Positions 1-13,084 of a stretch of DNA of 64,000 nt are shown here, in pieces. This DNA comes from the human T2T-CHM13v2.0 reference genome, Homo sapiens. The stretch lies in the NCBI RefSeq assembly GCF_009914755.1, contig NC_060931.1; one strand, written 5' to 3'. Each line of letters begins with the position of its first letter. Positions within the stretch are counted from its first letter, which is position 1. The notes under the pieces are model-generated. The model worked only from the letters and a program-made list of their open reading frames with translations, was not told where the DNA came from and made no database searches. The position numbers were made by a program, and so were the translations under genes.

Positions 1-994
1 GGAAGGCAACACTAAGTCAGGAGAGTAGGTGTCCCCAGAAGTTTCCAATGGGTGAGCAACACTCAGTAATAGAAAAATATGTGTGACCAGACTTCCTATG
101 AGCTAATTGGGAATTTTAACCCATGACTCATCCCAGGGCGGGGCCGAAGCTCCAGGGGACGCTACCCCACACCATGCCATATCATCAGCCAGACTGCACA
201 TTTCCTGAAAGTAATCAAGTCAGAAACTGACATTTTGGCAGCAGCCCCTAGTGGAAAAATGACTGCCAAAAGCCAAAATGAGGATGAGTTCAACGATTTA
301 ATTCTGCATGGAAAACACAATCCATTAAATGGGATCTGACAAGGCCTTAATCTCATCCGTAGCTGAGGGTGTTGGCTCAATGCGATTCTGCTCTCTGGAA
401 CATATTCTTAGTAAGCTATCTATAGAATCTAGAAAGCCTTTGCCAAAGCCCAAATAAGTCCATCCTAAGTGGGAAGAGAAGCTCACCAAGCCCCCACTGA
501 CTCTGTAGGGAGTAAGCACATGATTCTTCCAAGTGCAAAATTATCAAAACCTGGCAACTCAACCTGTGTTGGGAGTCGCATGATTCAAAGCAAAGGAACT
601 GAGATGGGCAATGCACTGAGTGGCTTCAGAATTTCCACCACTGCCCAAGGAGGTCAGGCCCACAGCCAGCATCACTCACAAAGCATCCATAGGGCTCATA
701 TTCCCTGGCTGGGGCCCACTGCATAATCCAGTCACAAAAGAAAGAGTTGGGGGTGTAGAGGATCAGTCTTCTCCCAAACAGGGTTTTAAAAACTGAAGTG
801 AGAAAGAATTAGAGGCTGTCACCTTCTTTGGCCCACTTAATCCTAACAGCAGCCCCCAAAGCCCATTATTTTACTGTTTGCATGTGAAAAATGAGGAAAG
901 AGAACAAAAGCATTACTCAAATCATGTAGTTTAAAAGATTGTTTGCAAATTCATACTTGTGGGATTCCAAAGCCCATGTCTCACCACTCTGAAG

Positions 995-1140
995 GTGGTG
1001 GTCCTCAGACTATTGCATCAGTTGGAGCTTGTTAGAAATGCAGATTCACAGGCTGCACCCCAGACCTACTGAATCAGGATCTGCATTTAACAGGATTCCC
1101 CAAGGAATTCATTTAGACATAAGGTTTGAGAAGCAGTGCC
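995..1140. mobile_element. MER5A-like hAT-Charlie DNA transposon remnant
   Basis: gagcttgttagaaatgcagatt...ccccagacctactgaatcag...ggtttgagaagcagtg, typical of MER5. Confidence 0.75.
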
Positions 1141-1384
1141 TTCAATGGCTTCTATCCAAAAAGGGTAGGTGGATTGAAAACATAAGTCTAGACTAGAAAA
1201 AGATTTAGTGCAATAGAATAGGGCCAGTCTTATAGGATATATAAAATATGTATCAAAATATAACTCAAACTATATATCCAAAGTGCACACTCAAATTAGT
1301 ATAACCAATCACACCATATCTTTTTTCACCAACAACAAATCTAGAGACATGAAGTCCAAGGTTATGTGGTGCTAGTAGAACATG

Positions 1385-1605
1385 CTGAAGGAGCATGGCT
1401 GTAGAGCTAGGTAGACTTGGTTGAAATCTCCAGCTCTGCCACCTGCTGGGTGACTTTGGGCAAGCTGCTTGATCTCTCTGAGCCTCAGTTTCCTGACCTG
1501 TACAACTGGGATAACAATACTCAACTTGCCAGCCTTTTGAGGGGATTAAATGAGCAAATGAATGCACAGTCCTCGGCACATAGCAGATGCTCAATAAATA
1601 TTGGC
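1385..1605 (+). mobile_element. MIR SINE
   Basis: Core gtgactttgggcaagctgcttgatctctctgagcctcagtttcc; 3' end cacatagcagatgctcaataaatatt. Confidence 0.85.
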
Positions 1606-2139
1606 TTCTCTTACTTGTGGTACCATCTGAGCCAGGTCCCTCCCACCTCTGGGAATGTGTACACCAGAGGCTGGGGAGACAAACCTCTCTCAGCAGCCAG
1701 CTCTTTCATGTTCTCTTGGGTCCTCTAGTGGCAGGTATTGAGATTCCTGTCACTAATCAGACTGGATGGACTTGTCTGTCTTCCTTAGCCCCAGGTTCAA
1801 TTTATTCTCTATTCTCTTTTAAGAAAAACCTGAGCAGAGCAACAGGTTTAAAGGGATAAAATGTGAGAAACAAGGAAAGAGGCACCCAAGGTGAGTTCCC
1901 AGGAGTGTCTATTTTCCAGGTACCAAAGCCTTTTTCTTTATTTGTGGTTCCCACTTTCTTCTTTTCAAAAATCTCAGGTTTTGAAAACAGACCTTTCATG
2001 CCACAAGTTTAGTGAGCTTTCAGGGCCCACAGTGTCTGCACGTGGAGCCACAAAACCCATGTTTGATCCTATTTAACTTTGTATGTGTAGGCTTCAAGGG
2101 CATGTAAGGATTCCAGTGAGTGCTGAGCACGAATACAAA

Positions 2140-2283
2140 ATTAATACTTACTGAGCTCATTCTGGGTACTGGACACTGTGCTTGGCTCATTCACATGCGT
2201 TATCTCCTTTAAATCCTCTCCAAACCCCAGGAAGGGGGTCTCTTTATCCCCATTTCAAAGATTTTAAAACAGGCCAGAACAGG
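2140..2283 (-). mobile_element. MIR fragment, split by the THE1 LTR and resuming at ~2652-2690
   Basis: Reverse MIR motifs (tacttactgagc, tttatccccattt), then aggtaagtgacctgctc after the LTR. Confidence 0.6.
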
Positions 2284-2651
2284 TGAGTAAGTTTGTTCTC
2301 ACACTGCTATAAAGAAATACCTGAAACTGGGTAATTTATAAAGGAAAGAGGTTTAATTGACTCACAGTTCCACATGGCTAGGGAGGCCTCAGGAAACTTA
2401 CAACCATGGCAGAAGGTGAAGAGGAAGTAAGGACCTTCTTCACATAGCAGCAGGAAAGAGAAGAGTAAGCAGGGGAAATGCCAGAAGCTTATGAAACCAT
2501 CAGATCTTGTGAGAACTCACTCACTATCACAAGAACAGCATGGGGGAAATGCCCCCAAAAGCCAGTTACCTCCCATCAGATTCTTCCCTTGACACATGGG
2601 ATTACAATTCAAGATGAGATTTGGGTGGGGACACAGACCCAAACCATATCA
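2284..2651 (-). mobile_element. THE1 (ERVL-MaLR) solo LTR
   Basis: Ends gagatttgggtggggacacagacccaaaccatatca (reverse of the THE1 start); 5-bp TSD acagg/atagg at 2279-2283 and 2652-2656. Confidence 0.9.
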
Positions 2652-2724
2652 ATAGGTAAGTGACCTGCTCAAATTAACATAGCAAAATACTCTCGAGTTC
2701 AAAGGGATCCTAAATCTCATCTAG

Positions 2725-2897
2725 TGCAGTGGTTCTCCAGGTGTGATCCTGGACCAGCAGCATCAGTATAACCTGAAGCTTGTTAGAGAACAACATCCTT
2801 GGGCCCCACGTAGATCTGGGATGAGCCCAACAATCTGTTTTAACAATCCCCCCGGGTGATTGTGATGCACACTCAAGTTTGAATCATCAGACCACTC
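2725..2897. mobile_element. MER5-family remnant
   Basis: cagtggttctcc...ggaccagcagcatcag...gcttgttaga...gggtgattgtgatgcacactcaagtttga. Confidence 0.7.
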
Positions 2898-2940
2898 TTC
2901 AAATCCAACCTCAGTATGACAGTTAAGAAAACAGAGGTTT

Positions 2941-3112
2941 TGCCACCAAAAAAAAAAAAGACATTATGTGAAGCGGTGGATATGTTATTTAGCTTGATTT
3001 AATCATTTTGCAATGTACACATGCAACAAAACATCATATTATTTTACATTGTAAAATTTTATTTGTCAATTATACCTTTATAAAGCTGGGGAGTTGGGTG
3101 GTGGGGGAGAGA
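2941..3112 (+). mobile_element. Old L1M (L1MA/L1MB-type) 3' end
   Basis: L1 3' terminal motif tttatttgtcaattatacctttataaagctggg; flanked by aaaacagaggttt at 2928-2940 and 3113-3125. Confidence 0.7.
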
Positions 3113-4985
3113 AAAACAGAGGTTTGAAGAAATGAAGTAATTCGCCGGGGGCAATAGAGTTGGAACTGAAACCCAGTACAACCACTATCAGAAGTCCAAT
3201 TTTCGCACCTGGATAGCTTAAAATGTTTGTTTCTTGGAGAGTAAAGACTAAAGCCCTTGGTACAACTGAGCACTAAACTGTGTTGCCTTCCAGCAATATT
3301 GGCTGGGATCTGGACCTGGGCAGCCATGAGGAGACCTCAAGCCCTGGAAGCATGCTCCCAAGACTCTGCTAAACTGTCTGCTCCAATACATAGAGTATGC
3401 CTCATCAGCACTGCCCAACCAGGAAGGGGATAAGAGGGAAGACTGTCAGGGACCATATCCAGAGTTGAGATGGTGTTTGCACAAACCTCAACTATCGACA
3501 CACAACCCCTAGGGAAGAAAGGTGGTGCCTTCATTTTCCAAAATCTTTATTTCTAAGTCAGTGTGTCAAATTCTCACTTTCAGCTATACCCTCTGGCATT
3601 ATTAGTAACTGACATTAATCCAGTGACAATCCAGAGTGTTTGCAGGCCATACTTAGGGATGGCAGCCTGATTGGAAGACAAGGCCCAGGGACATGTCTTG
3701 AAGCTGCATTTGAATCACAAGCATGCTTTTTATGTGAGTTTATAGATGATATACTTATTTGGGGTGGGGTGATAAAGTAAGACTTAAAGTCTGCCCAAGC
3801 TACTCCTTGCTGCTGCATTGGAGACCAGCAATCTACCAGCAATTTTTTATAGGCTTTCTCTCTCCAAGCCAGTTTCTTCATCTCTAAAATGGACAGAATC
3901 CTTGAGTTTTTTGGGTTAAGCCTGGCAAATAAGAACGGCTATTGCTGATGTAACAGGGAGCCTGGTGGAGACTGAAACATAAAAATATTTGAAATTTTTT
4001 TGAAAAACACCCATCATTGATAAATTTATAAACACTTCGTATCTTTGGAAACAGAAAGTAGAATTTAGCTTTAGAGCAGACTGTCCCTTTGCTCTGAAAA
4101 GAACTACTTAAATGAAAATACTAAATGCAAATATTAAACAAGTGCACACATTTTGTCCTGGTAGTAGCTTGTATATATTTGCCTCCACCTTGCAGAGAGC
4201 TAGAAAAGATTTCCGGGAAAAGTGGAATTAAGTATCTAACCCCTTCCTTTTGAGAATCAACATTATTAGAATATGTCTGAGAAAAATTGTGGTTGTGCTG
4301 AGGCCAAGTATCAGGAAAAGACAACAGAAGCCACAGAGAGGAGTCATCACAAGGAAGAGGTAATCTAAGCTGGTGATAAAAATGCCTAATTTCACTGAGG
4401 TCAGAAAGTACATGCTCAACATGAGACCTCATTTCCCTAGTAGGGGACAAAAGGCATAGCAGGATAAGCGATGATTCTTGAACCCAGCCTGTCAATAAGG
4501 CTGGGGGTCCCTGGGAATAGTGAGGGACAAGAACCCCAAGAAAAGACTGGACCTCCTGATAATTTGGCACATTGGGCTTATTGACATTGTCATTTGTATC
4601 TTGTTTGGTAAGAGGTGATGACCATATTTCATGGCCCTAAACTCCAAATGCCCTCCAAGCGTGACCAAGGAAAAAGAGAACGAAGTAATCAAAGCTATCA
4701 TTAACCCTTATTGTGGTACCACTCAATGGTAATGACCCTACAGAGGAGCTGTAGGGTAACCTTGATTATGCTCTGATTTATTCATTGATAAATAAACTCT
4801 TCCCATACCTGAGTACTTTACTTGTAGTAATTTATGCACAACAAATCTCACAGCTGATCATGCCACCACAGTTAAGGACAATTGCAGAAGAGAATATTTA
4901 CCATTTAGCACTGTCATCAAAATCAACCATCTTCTTTTGAAGAAAGGATAGTTACAAAATAGTACACAGTTGTATTAAGGGTACC

Positions 4986-5008
4986 AATAAATAAATAAAT
5001 AAATAAAT
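4986..5008. repeat. (AAAT)n microsatellite
   Basis: aataaataaataaataaataaat. Confidence 0.9.
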
Positions 5009-6679
5009 GCTAATGGATTTCTTGTCTCAATTGCTAAAGGGTTGGCATATACCTGCATGCACCTGCTGTCTTTTTCCTACAGCACCAAGTGTTACAAGGA
5101 AACAGAAATAAGTCCTGATATTCAATTTATAACTTAATCTCTTTCAGAAACCAAGACACTGCTACACGTTACAACTAACAGACCAAATGACATTCATGGG
5201 CATCAATATTAAAGCTCATGAGCTCTCTATTAAAGAGCACCAAGAGAATGCAAACAAAACAGATGATGGTAATGGAGTTCGGTGAGCAAATAAGACGTTA
5301 TTTTCATGAGAGTAACTCTTTGCCTGTTCATTGAAGAAAATGATGACCCTGGTTTAGGGTGGAAGGAGTAGTTATAAGAAACCTTAGGAGAAGGGATTGA
5401 CTCCATAAGAAATGCTCCAAGGTGAGAACACATAGACAGAGAAAGCCATTCATGGTCCCCTCTTTCACCACAGTCACTTGCTGAGAATTGCAGGTTCATA
5501 AGACGTATTCTCTCAGGTGAGTGGGTTTTATTTTATTCAAAACCTTATGATGCAATAACCAAGCCCTTAGTAGGAATAAAAACAGCATTTACCTGCAATT
5601 CTTGTCTCACTAATGTACTCGTCACACTGTATAAAGAAATCCAAACCCCTATTTAGCACTCCTTTCAGAACTCATCTGTAATTCAATCAACACTAAGAAT
5701 CTTCACACAATGAAATGGCTCTCACTGAGCAATTACACATATCACCTGGATACAAAAGAGAGTATATTTTTCAAATATATTTCATGGAACTCCAACAGCT
5801 GTCTGAATTGTTTATGGGGAGAGAAAAACGAGGTTTATATGTTCTGCTAACCATGTGGAGAGTATGAAAGTCTATAGTGGAAAGAAAAGTGGAAGAAGTA
5901 AAATTGACATAACAGGAAGAAAGGAGGGGCAGAAGGCAATCTGGAAAAATGATTGAGTCTTAATTTCTGATACCAGTAGTACTGTAAATATACTGTTTCA
6001 AATGTGAGTCTGAAAGACCCATTTGGGGAAAAAAAAATCACGTTTTTACACCACACTCATACCCAGATTGATTTTTATTTAATATGGGTGAGAAGGCAAG
6101 GGATGGAGTTGTAATGAAAATGGAGTACAATGCCAAAAGAAAATAAGAGACCTTGCAGGAAGATGCAAGGCTAAACAATGAACTAGAATAGAGTAAACAG
6201 CCACCTGGGAAACAACATGAGAAAATTCTTGCTTCATTTCCGTCAGCAGCAGCTCTTACATCTTTTACAACTGGAAACCTTCCCCCAGCAAGAGACTCTA
6301 AATACACAGGGCTGAATTAATTCCCAACACGTGCTTTTTCTCTATGCCCTTATCTGGATGTGTCATCCTCCTTTGAAGCAAAAGACTCATTAATCCAATT
6401 CAAATTGCCAACATCAGTAAATCCTCTACCTCAGCATTTAAATGCCAATACCAATTAAATACCAACAGCAACTTAACTACTGATAAGATCTTCACTACAT
6501 TCAGGAAATCCAGCCAGAAGTCCAGCTAGCATTGATTCCAACCCTCCTTCATCAATTTTAATTTACTCAGTGCAAAGAAATGAAGTAATTTGCTGGCCAC
6601 ACTGACTATGCATCTAACTGGATTGAAACAACTCCACAAGCAAATAAGAAGGAACACACTGAGTTGCAATCCACCAAAC

Positions 6680-6851
6680 CTGAAGGATGTCTTCACCAAG
6701 ACTTCTGGGCTATCCAGCTGTGGCAATTCATCAGCTAGGATTTCCTCTGGGGGTCGAGGGTCATGGACAATTGTTGGCCTTGGCTTCTCCTTGACATTCC
6801 CTGTGAGCCCATCGATGAGGGAGTTCCACAGACAGTTCTGTGACTTAGACC
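6680..6851 (-). CDS. PDE1C: PDE1C coding exon (third exon of the long-N-terminus isoform), 172 nt, phase 1/2, encodes (R)SKSQNCLWNSLIDGLTGNVKEKPRPTIVHDPRPPEEILADELPQLDSPEVLVKTSF(R)
   Basis: Acceptor ctctcttttccccatgcctcag|GG and donor TTCAG|gtttgg. The peptide lies inside track ORF 6526..6936 and is recognised as the segment preceding the shared PDE1C sequence LRSLVKQLERGEASVVDLKK, which is not in this window. Confidence 0.95.
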
Positions 6852-7513
6852 CTGAGGCATGGGGAAAAGAGAGATGCAGGTGAATCATCCACCAGTTGAC
6901 TCCATGTCCTGCCTTCCCCAACTCAGGATCTTCCAAAGCAGAGCAGGGAAATTTATATATTTCTCACCATCTCCGCCAACATTACAGAGTTGTAACCAGG
7001 AATTTTTACATTTATATGCAGAAAATAGGCTACCACTCTGAGTATTTTGACACAAAGCTAAGTTATTGGATATATCTTGTCTCATTGCAGTGGTGATCAG
7101 CCCAAACTCCTGACAGAGCCACAGGTATCTATGTAGATGTTTATTCAGCAGTTGGAAATATATAAAGCACTACCATTTTAGGGAACTGTGAGGATGTTCA
7201 AATACAAGTCTCCCCTATAAATTCAGCTTGCTGAAGCCCAAGACTCCATTCTATGGAGACACCCACCCCAAAGAGGGCACCACCTTTAAGAACTAGAACT
7301 CACCATATCAAGACCCAGGAAAATTACATGTAGTTTATGCATGTAAAACTTCAAACACGTGAGATAAATATTAAAGGTGGGCATCAAGTGGAAGCGGTGT
7401 CTACAAAAGTAGAGCCTGATCTGCCAGGTGATCAAGATCAAACTCAACAGTGAGAAGTTGTGTTGATAGTGTGTGCCCTTGATATGATGTCATGAAAATG
7501 TCACTTTTGCTTT

Positions 7514-8125
7514 GTGTATTAGGCATGTTTCTAGCTTCCACAAACTTCATGCTGTAACATCTGCCCTACATGCATGTGCCCAACACAGCTAGTTCTGGAC
7601 AACCCAATAGTATGCCTGAGTCACCTGACCTTGGCCTCCTGCCTCCCTTGTCGCCCCACTCTCCCCCAACCCCCAACTCCTCAGGGGAAGTCCTCCTTCC
7701 AGGGGTGTGCTTTTAAAACAAAAACCAGCCAATCCAGAGTCCACACCCCAACTACCTCCCTTATAGGACTTTCTCACCCCTGACCACTCTCCACTGGGCC
7801 TAATCACCCCAGGGCCTGGTACCAGGCAACTAGGTATTAGGCAGCCCCTAGGCTCCAGCCCCCTGAAGTCATTCAAACTAGCCAGTCCCAACCCTGCTTA
7901 CCCTGCCTTGCCTGTTCCTTCTTGCAGAAACCACAACAAAGGTTCCTGCCCACAATGTCCCACCCCACCTCCTGACTGACACCAGTGCTTCCCCAGATGG
8001 CCCCGTAACATGACAAGGAAGCCCTCTCCTGGGAACTGTGGGTAATAAATTATCTTTACAATGGCATTTGTCTCCTTATCTGTTGACCTTACCATACCTA
8101 AACAGTAATAAAACTTATTAAATAA
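7514..8125 (+). mobile_element. MER74/MER73-family ERVL solo LTR, copy 1
   Basis: ccaatccagagtccacacccc...cctaatcaccccagggcc...ttcaaactagcc...gggaactgtg...aataaaac; homologous to 14246-14768. Confidence 0.75.
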
Positions 8126-8235
8126 TCAGTCTAAAACACCCAATCTAGCCATGGAGAAAACATTAGATAAACCACTTGAAGAACCTGCGACAGAGCACCT
8201 GACCCGTGCTCTTCAAAACAGTCAAAGGTACCAAA

Positions 8236-8718
8236 TACTGCTGAGCCTCCATATCCATGGGTTCCATGGATTCAAACAACTAAAGAAGGAAAATATTCAG
8301 AAAAAAAAAATCTGTAGTAAACATGCACAGACTTTTTTTGTCATTATTCCCTAAATAATACAATAACTATTTACTTAATATTATTATTTTACTTATTATT
8401 ATTAAAATTAAATTATTAAAATTAATATTTTAATAAAATTTTATTATTTTAACAAAATTAAATTATTAAAATTGTTATTGAAATTATTATTTTACTTAAT
8501 GTTATTATTATATTATTCCCTAAATAATACAATAACTATTTATTTAACATTTACATTGTATTAGGTATTACAAGTTATCTAGAAGTGATTTAAAGTATAT
8601 GGGAGGATGTGCATAAATTATATGACAATACTACATCATTTTATATCAGGCACTTGAACCTCTGTGCATTTTGTTACCTGAGGTAACCAATTCCCTTGGA
8701 AATAGAGGGACTAGCGTA
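8236..8718. mobile_element. MER2 (TcMar-Tigger) with an internal AT-rich insertion
   Basis: MER2 motifs ggattcaaacaac, catttacattgtattaggtatt and atttaaagtatatgggaggatgtgc. Confidence 0.8.
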
Positions 8719-9133
8719 TAAGGAAAGTCTGAAAAACTGTCACAGCCAAGAGGAGCCTAAAGATATGATGACTAAATGTAACGTGGCATCCTAGATGGGA
8801 TTGTGGAACAGATGTACCATGCTAAGGTAAGAGGTTAATAATACAGGAAACTGCGTGTAGGCCGTATGAGATCTCTATATTATCTTTGTAATTTTTCTGT
8901 AAATCTAAAATTGTTCTAAAATAAAATTCATAAAAATAAAAGTAAATAAAAATCATAAATAAATCATATATAATTAATTAAATAACTATTATTTTAAAAG
9001 TCTATGAGCAAAAAATTTTTTAAGTAGAGCCTGAAGACATTACCATTACCATTAACCAATTGCCGTTGGCTTGTTCTGGTTATGTCTACCCAGATAAAAG
9101 AAAAATTTTGTCTTTGCACAAAGACACTGTCAG

Positions 9134-10436
<1,303 letters not shown>

Positions 10437-10969
10437 ACACTGTCAGATCACTAAGCCATGCACCATAGAGCTGTGTCTATGCAAAATACTGCATTTTTCT
10501 AATTCACACAAAGCCTCCTTATGGGGCATGAGGGATGGGCATGAAGGAGTGAGAAGCAGTGCTAGCTAAAACACACCATGCACATGGGATAGGCAGATAG
10601 AAAATGGATTTGTGTGCACATGAGAATTCCTCCCTGAGACCTTGGCCAGCCACCTGCAGCCCACCATAGAAGAAATCACCCTGGCTTGTTGTGCCAGAAG
10701 GACAGCTCTGCCAGGAAGACTGAAAGAACCTCACACACAAGAGGGAGTTCCTCACATGGATTCCTGAGCCTACAAGCAAGGACACCCATGGGTCAGCAAA
10801 CAGCTCTTTCAATGCCCGTGCCATAACTGACCTCCCTTGGGGTGTCCATCCAAACTGCTTGTGTCTATCAAGAGAAAATTAAAGTACATCAGTGGAAGGA
10901 AACAGATTCCTCAAACCCCTGAAAGACAAGACAGCTTTTTTTGTTTTTTAAGGGCCCTACACATATATC

Positions 10970-11050
10970 TTAATAAGATCTGGTCCTATTAATGAAGTCT
11001 GGTTCTGCATTAATGAAGATCAGTTCTATGTTAATGAAGGTCTGGTTCTG
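10970..11050. repeat. Degenerate ~21-bp minisatellite, 4 units (TTAATGAAG.TCTGGTTCT..)
   Basis: Units start at 10970, 10989, 11010 and 11031. Confidence 0.8.
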
Positions 11051-11134
11051 GGAAGAAGAACAAGAACAGCAGCCTGTTTTCTTAAACCTGATCTAAATGA
11101 AGGCCTTACAAAAAAGTTCCTGCACATCCCCCTT

Positions 11135-11720
11135 TATTCCTTCATTTTTTTCATTCAGTAAACACATATTGAATTCCCTCAATGTGCCAGGTTTCATTCT
11201 TCGCCCTAGAAATGGAAAGATGAATGAGACTGGTTCCCAAGGGAACCCACAAGCAATCATAATAAACTGGCAATGCACCATAACTGAGGGGCAAATAGAG
11301 GGCTATGGGACCCAGAGGAGAGCTCAGCCACTCTGCCTCGGGACCCTGGGGAAAACCACAGAGAGAACATGACATCGGATATGGTCTAAAGCATGAGACG
11401 CTCTTCAGCCGGTGGAAAGGAGGGGAAAACAATCAGTGCAGACAGCATATACAAAGGCTCAGAGGCGTAACAAAGCAGCTCCTGAGGCTGGGACGAAGCC
11501 ACAGGGGCAGTGTCCAGAGATCGGGTCAGAGGCTGGTTGGGCCATTTGCAAAGTGCCTTGAATAAAATGCTACTCATTTAAGAATTTATCCTCCAAGCAA
11601 TAAAAAGAAAAAAAAAGAAAAGAAAGATTTTTGAGCAAGGTTGTGGTGACACAGCTGTACCTGTATTTCAGAAAGGAGACTGGTGTGCTGTGGAGTAGTG
11701 ACTTATGAGGAATGGCAGGC
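11135..11720 (-). mobile_element. L2 LINE remnant
   Basis: Reverse L2 3' end ttcattcagtaaacacatattgaa...aatgtgccagg, with downstream L2-like sequence. Confidence 0.65.
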
Positions 11721-12111
11721 TCGTAGGAAGAGCTCCTGAATCCATAGGGTGCCATGCATTTAACTGTGGGTGAAATTACATCTTACCCATAAATATGTAA
11801 CTAATATTTAAATATATATAGATGTGATTAATAAAACTACAAATTCATCTAAAACTATTAATGAATTCATAAGAGCTTTTTCACCGTTTTCTCAGTCAAT
11901 GAATCAGAAGGATCATGAGACCCAAGCCACCTCTACATTAAGGGCTCCCAAATGAAAATGTGATACCTCCAAAGTACCAGCCCCCACAAAGATACACATT
12001 CATGAGTTTAAAAGAAAACTGTGGTTGAAGAGATGACTAGGATTCACTCAACACTCACTCTCAACTCCCCTCTCACTTGCCTTCATCTTCTAAAAAGGCT
12101 AGAAAACAATA

Positions 12112-12468
12112 TACAGGCATACATAGGAGATATCATAGGTTCACAGTTCCAGACCACTGCAATAAAGCAAGTATCACAATATAATGAGTCACACACATTT
12201 TTTTGGTTTCCCCAATGCATATAAAAATTATGTTTACACTGTAGTCTATTAAGTGTGTAATAGCGTTTTGTCTAAAAACACAATATACATATCTTAACTC
12301 TAAAATGCTTTATTGCTGAAATAAAAAATGCTAACAATCATCTGAGCCTTCAAGCAGAGGTAATCTTTTTGCTGGTGGAGAATCTTGCCTCAGCGTTGAT
12401 GGCTGCTGACTGATCAGGGTGGTGTTGCTAAAGGTTGGGGTAGCTGTGACAGTTTCTTAAAATAAAAC
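12112..12468 (-). mobile_element. Tigger1 terminal fragment
   Basis: TIR ta-caggcatac...gttccagaccactgcaataaagc; gctgctgactgatcagggtggtg. Confidence 0.85.
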
Positions 12469-13084
12469 TCTACCATCTCTGCACTCAAGAAGCTTTGAAG
12501 AGGCAGAAAAACACAAGGCAGCTGCTAATTGATTTAGACTAGAGCCAGTCTTTGGAAAACTGAATTCGTTTTCCCTAGCCCTCTCCTTAATCCCCTCCAT
12601 AAACAATTTTCCAATCCATCGAAGTGTTTGAAATTGACCAAAAACTTTCATGAGCGTCCTATCTATCTCACCCATCTGAATTGTCTTCACTTTTCACTAT
12701 CTTGGAACTACTTTACAATACTGTAAATTGGAGAAAACTGATAGCAACACAAATGAATCTTGTCCATAGAAATGTAAATTGTGTCCCATGGAATGCAATT
12801 AATTATGGCCCTGTAGATATTGATAAGTCTTGCCATTTCACATCCATTAAGTAAATTTCAGCACACCTGATGGATTTACATATTTTTCTGCTCTTTGGAT
12901 TTTCTTCCAAACTAGTTGTTACATCTTACTGGTTTATTCATCAATGTGTTGAATAAGATCTTTGACACATGTTCACTTTGTACTTGTATGAATTTTCAAA
13001 AAATTATCCTTTAACAGTACCAAAGTCCTCATGCTGCTCCCCTTTGAGAAGTCTCTTGTAGTTAGCCTAACTACATCTGAATTA

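Larger units (their letters stand above)
7415..8935 (+). mobile_element. L1MC-type 3' region, interrupted by a MER74-like LTR and MER2
   Basis: L1MC motifs ccaggtgatcaagatc, aggaaagtctgaaaaactgtcacagccaagaggagcctaa and tttttctgtaaatctaaaattgttctaaaataaaa. Confidence 0.65.

Noticed and set aside
6526-6936. The 136-aa ORF as a standalone protein
   Set aside because: Only 6680-6851 is exon, bounded by splice sites; the start portion is intronic. The 3' read-through is treated separately as a hypothesis.
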